Shown here in pieces: positions 62,171 to 64,000 of a stretch of 64,000 nucleotides of DNA. The stretch spans positions 896,001 through 960,000 of the forward strand of contig OY762721.1 of assembly GCA_963666345.1 (NCBI GenBank). Direction: 5' to 3'. Under the pieces are notes generated by a model. It was given only the letters and a program-made list of their open reading frames with translations. It was not told the origin of the DNA and made no database searches. The position numbers were made by a program, and so were the translations under genes. The stretch's first letter is position 1. Each line of letters starts with the position of its first letter. The stretch comes from Desulfatiglandales bacterium (GTDB taxonomy: Bacteria > Desulfobacterota > DSM-4660 > Desulfatiglandales > Desulfatiglandaceae).

Positions 62171-62695
62171 TTATGGCTTGATCAGATCTCTCTTGATCGA
62201 ATATGACTCAACCATATCTCCATAACAATCGAATCTGCTGTCCGGTTTCATACCGATCTTTTTCAGGATATGGATAGATGCCGTATTTTCTGGAATTGCG
62301 GCCCCGTAGATGGTTTCCAGTTTCAGGGCCTCAAACCCGTATCTGACGCAAAAAGACGCAGCTTCAAATGCATACCCTTTGCCCCACCGGTCCTGAACCA
62401 GACCATACAGTACATCAATAAAAGCGAATTTTTTCACATATTCCAATCCGCAGTAACCGATATTTTCTTCCGAGCCCTTTTCCTGTACCATGAACGTCCC
62501 GAAGTTATGTCTTTCCCAGTGTAAGAGTCTATCTCTGAGCCATTCATAGATCCTGGCTTCAGGATATGGTCTCTCCAGGGGAAGAAATCTTGTCCTTTCA
62601 GGATCAGACAAATAATATCTCATAAAACCATGATCAGTCTCTGAGATTTGCCTTAAAACGAGTCTTCTGGTTTTCAATGTTTTCAAATCATACAT
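62171..62695 (-). CDS. GNAT (RimJ/RimL-type) acetyltransferase
   Basis: TRRLVLR, WGKGYAFEA, NTASIHILKKIGM. Confidence 0.9.
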   Translation of the reverse strand: MYDLKTLKTRRLVLRQISETDHGFMRYYLSDPERTRFLPLERPYPEARIYEWLRDRLLHWERHNFGTFMVQEKGSEENIGYCGLEYVKKFAFIDVLYGLVQDRWGKGYAFEAASFCVRYGFEALKLETIYGAAIPENTASIHILKKIGMKPDSRFDCYGDMVESYSIKRDLIKP

Positions 62696-62739
62696 CCCTG
62701 CATTTTAGAGCTGATAGAGGTACATGCCGTCTTCCGCGC

Positions 62740-63558
62740 TCAAAGAGGAACAAACAAGACATCGCTCATACTTCGGCCCAGGAATTCCTCACCGAAGCTT
62801 TTGAATCTTTTAGGGTCATCGGTGGTGAAAAAGTTCCTGCCCCCGGCCCTGGACAACCTCGTTTCCATCTCCGGGTGGCGCATGAGGTAATCACCCAGTC
62901 TGTCCGCCACTATGGCCGGGGCATCCAGTACCCGGCAGTTCCTTCCCGAAAGCCTCTTGATGTCCCTTTCCAGAAAGGGGTAGTGGGTGCAGCCGAGGAT
63001 CAGGGTGTCCACAGTCTTACTTTTAAGAGTTCTCAGGTATTTCTTAAGGATCATGTTGGTCTCAGGCTTTCCCGCCCACCCCTCCTCCACCAGGGGGACC
63101 AGGAGGGGGCAGGCCTGCCCGAATACCTTCAGTTGAGGGTTCAGCTTGCGCAGTTCCTGTTCATAGACCCCGGATTCGATGGTGGCACGGGTACCCATGA
63201 CCCCGATCCGGCCCCACCGTGAGGACTTTGCCGCAGCCTCAGCAAGGGGGATGACGACTCCAAGAACGCGCCGCTCGGGATAATGCAGGGGCAGCCACTC
63301 CTGCTGGATCTTCCTCAGGGCCTTGGCCGATGCGGTGTTACAGGCAAGTATGACAAGCTCAGCGCCCTGACCAAAAAGAAACTCCACGGCCCGTAGGGTA
63401 TATTCGTAAACCATCTTGAGGGACTTGTTGCCGTAAGGCGCACGCGCACTGTCGCCCAGGTAGAGGTAGTCGTATCCCGGCATTTCCTTTAGAAACGCCT
63501 TTAGGACCGTCAATCCGCCGTATCCGGAATCAAAAACACCGATCATAATAACTCCCAC
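62740..63558 (-). CDS. murI: Glutamate racemase
   Basis: FDSGYGGL, PYG, ACNTAS, LGCTHYP. Confidence 0.97.
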   Translation of the reverse strand: MGVIMIGVFDSGYGGLTVLKAFLKEMPGYDYLYLGDSARAPYGNKSLKMVYEYTLRAVEFLFGQGAELVILACNTASAKALRKIQQEWLPLHYPERRVLGVVIPLAEAAAKSSRWGRIGVMGTRATIESGVYEQELRKLNPQLKVFGQACPLLVPLVEEGWAGKPETNMILKKYLRTLKSKTVDTLILGCTHYPFLERDIKRLSGRNCRVLDAPAIVADRLGDYLMRHPEMETRLSRAGGRNFFTTDDPKRFKSFGEEFLGRSMSDVLFVPL

Positions 63559-63605
63559 AGTAGGAAGATAAAGTAGTGAGGAGACTTCCGCAATTATAAA
63601 TCCGC

Positions 63606-64000
63606 TCAGTCCGACAGGTAGTACTCCAGAGTGGACACGACCCTTACCTTCTTGATGTGAGGGGTATTGCTGTCTCTGTCATGGATCGAAAACTGACCTT
63701 GTCTTGCTCTTTTGATCTTGCCGAGTTTACTGTTTGAATCCCTTGCAAATTTCAGGGCAACCTCTCTTGCATTTTTGGTGGCCTCCTCTATCATGTCAGG
63801 CTTTATCCTGTTCAAGTTCGTAAATAAAAATTGGGTCCTTGTTTGATAATCCTGCCCTGAAATGGCGATCCCTTTCTTGCCTATTTCAACGAGTTTCTTC
63901 ATTGCGTCCCGAACGGTATCGACCTTGCCGGAATAGACCGAGATTGTTGAGTTGGCTGAATATCTGAATTTTATCCTGTCCGAGGCGCCATAACCCTGCG
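63606..64000 (-). CDS. SIMPL (DUF541) protein, 5' partial
   Basis: KPDMIEEATKNAR, ARQGQFSI, KKVRVVST; frame stays open to the window end. Confidence 0.85.
   Translation of the reverse strand, partial: QGYGASDRIKFRYSANSTISVYSGKVDTVRDAMKKLVEIGKKGIAISGQDYQTRTQFLFTNLNRIKPDMIEEATKNAREVALKFARDSNSKLGKIKRARQGQFSIHDRDSNTPHIKKVRVVSTLEYYLSD

Overview
Gene-dense chromosomal window. Gene content (sigma-54 enhancer-binding protein, YcaO-TPR, DUF134/DUF5320, 2-oxoacid oxidoreductase, short ArgA, LpoA-like lipoprotein) suggests an anaerobic deltaproteobacterium (Desulfobacterota-like); this is inference. The first ~31 kb is mostly housekeeping: queA-tgt-yajC-secD-secF, alr-argS-SPOR-argA, tatBC, grpE-dnaK-lpoA, purC, pilD, clpB, an IHF-like gene, an acyl-CoA dehydrogenase and a NusG paralog before lptFG. 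Small dispersed repeats and a TIR-bounded element with a four-helix-bundle pseudogene interrupt it. The second half holds several poorly understood modules: (i) DUF134 with two operator-like palindromes, two Gly-rich DUF5320 peptides, a LarE-type sulfur insertase and a YcaO-TPR fusion; (ii) a sigma-54-driven operon for a flavoprotein/ferredoxin-fused 2-oxoacid oxidoreductase, a SauT-like CoA ligase and a tripartite tricarboxylate transporter; (iii) DUF169 plus an HcrA-like molybdoenzyme; (iv) a Cys-less thiolase/DUF35 pair behind an XRE-cupin regulator whose paralog 30 kb away shares the same upstream motif. I saw no rRNA, tRNA, CRISPR array or intact transposase/integrase. Family assignments come from recognised motifs, not database searches.
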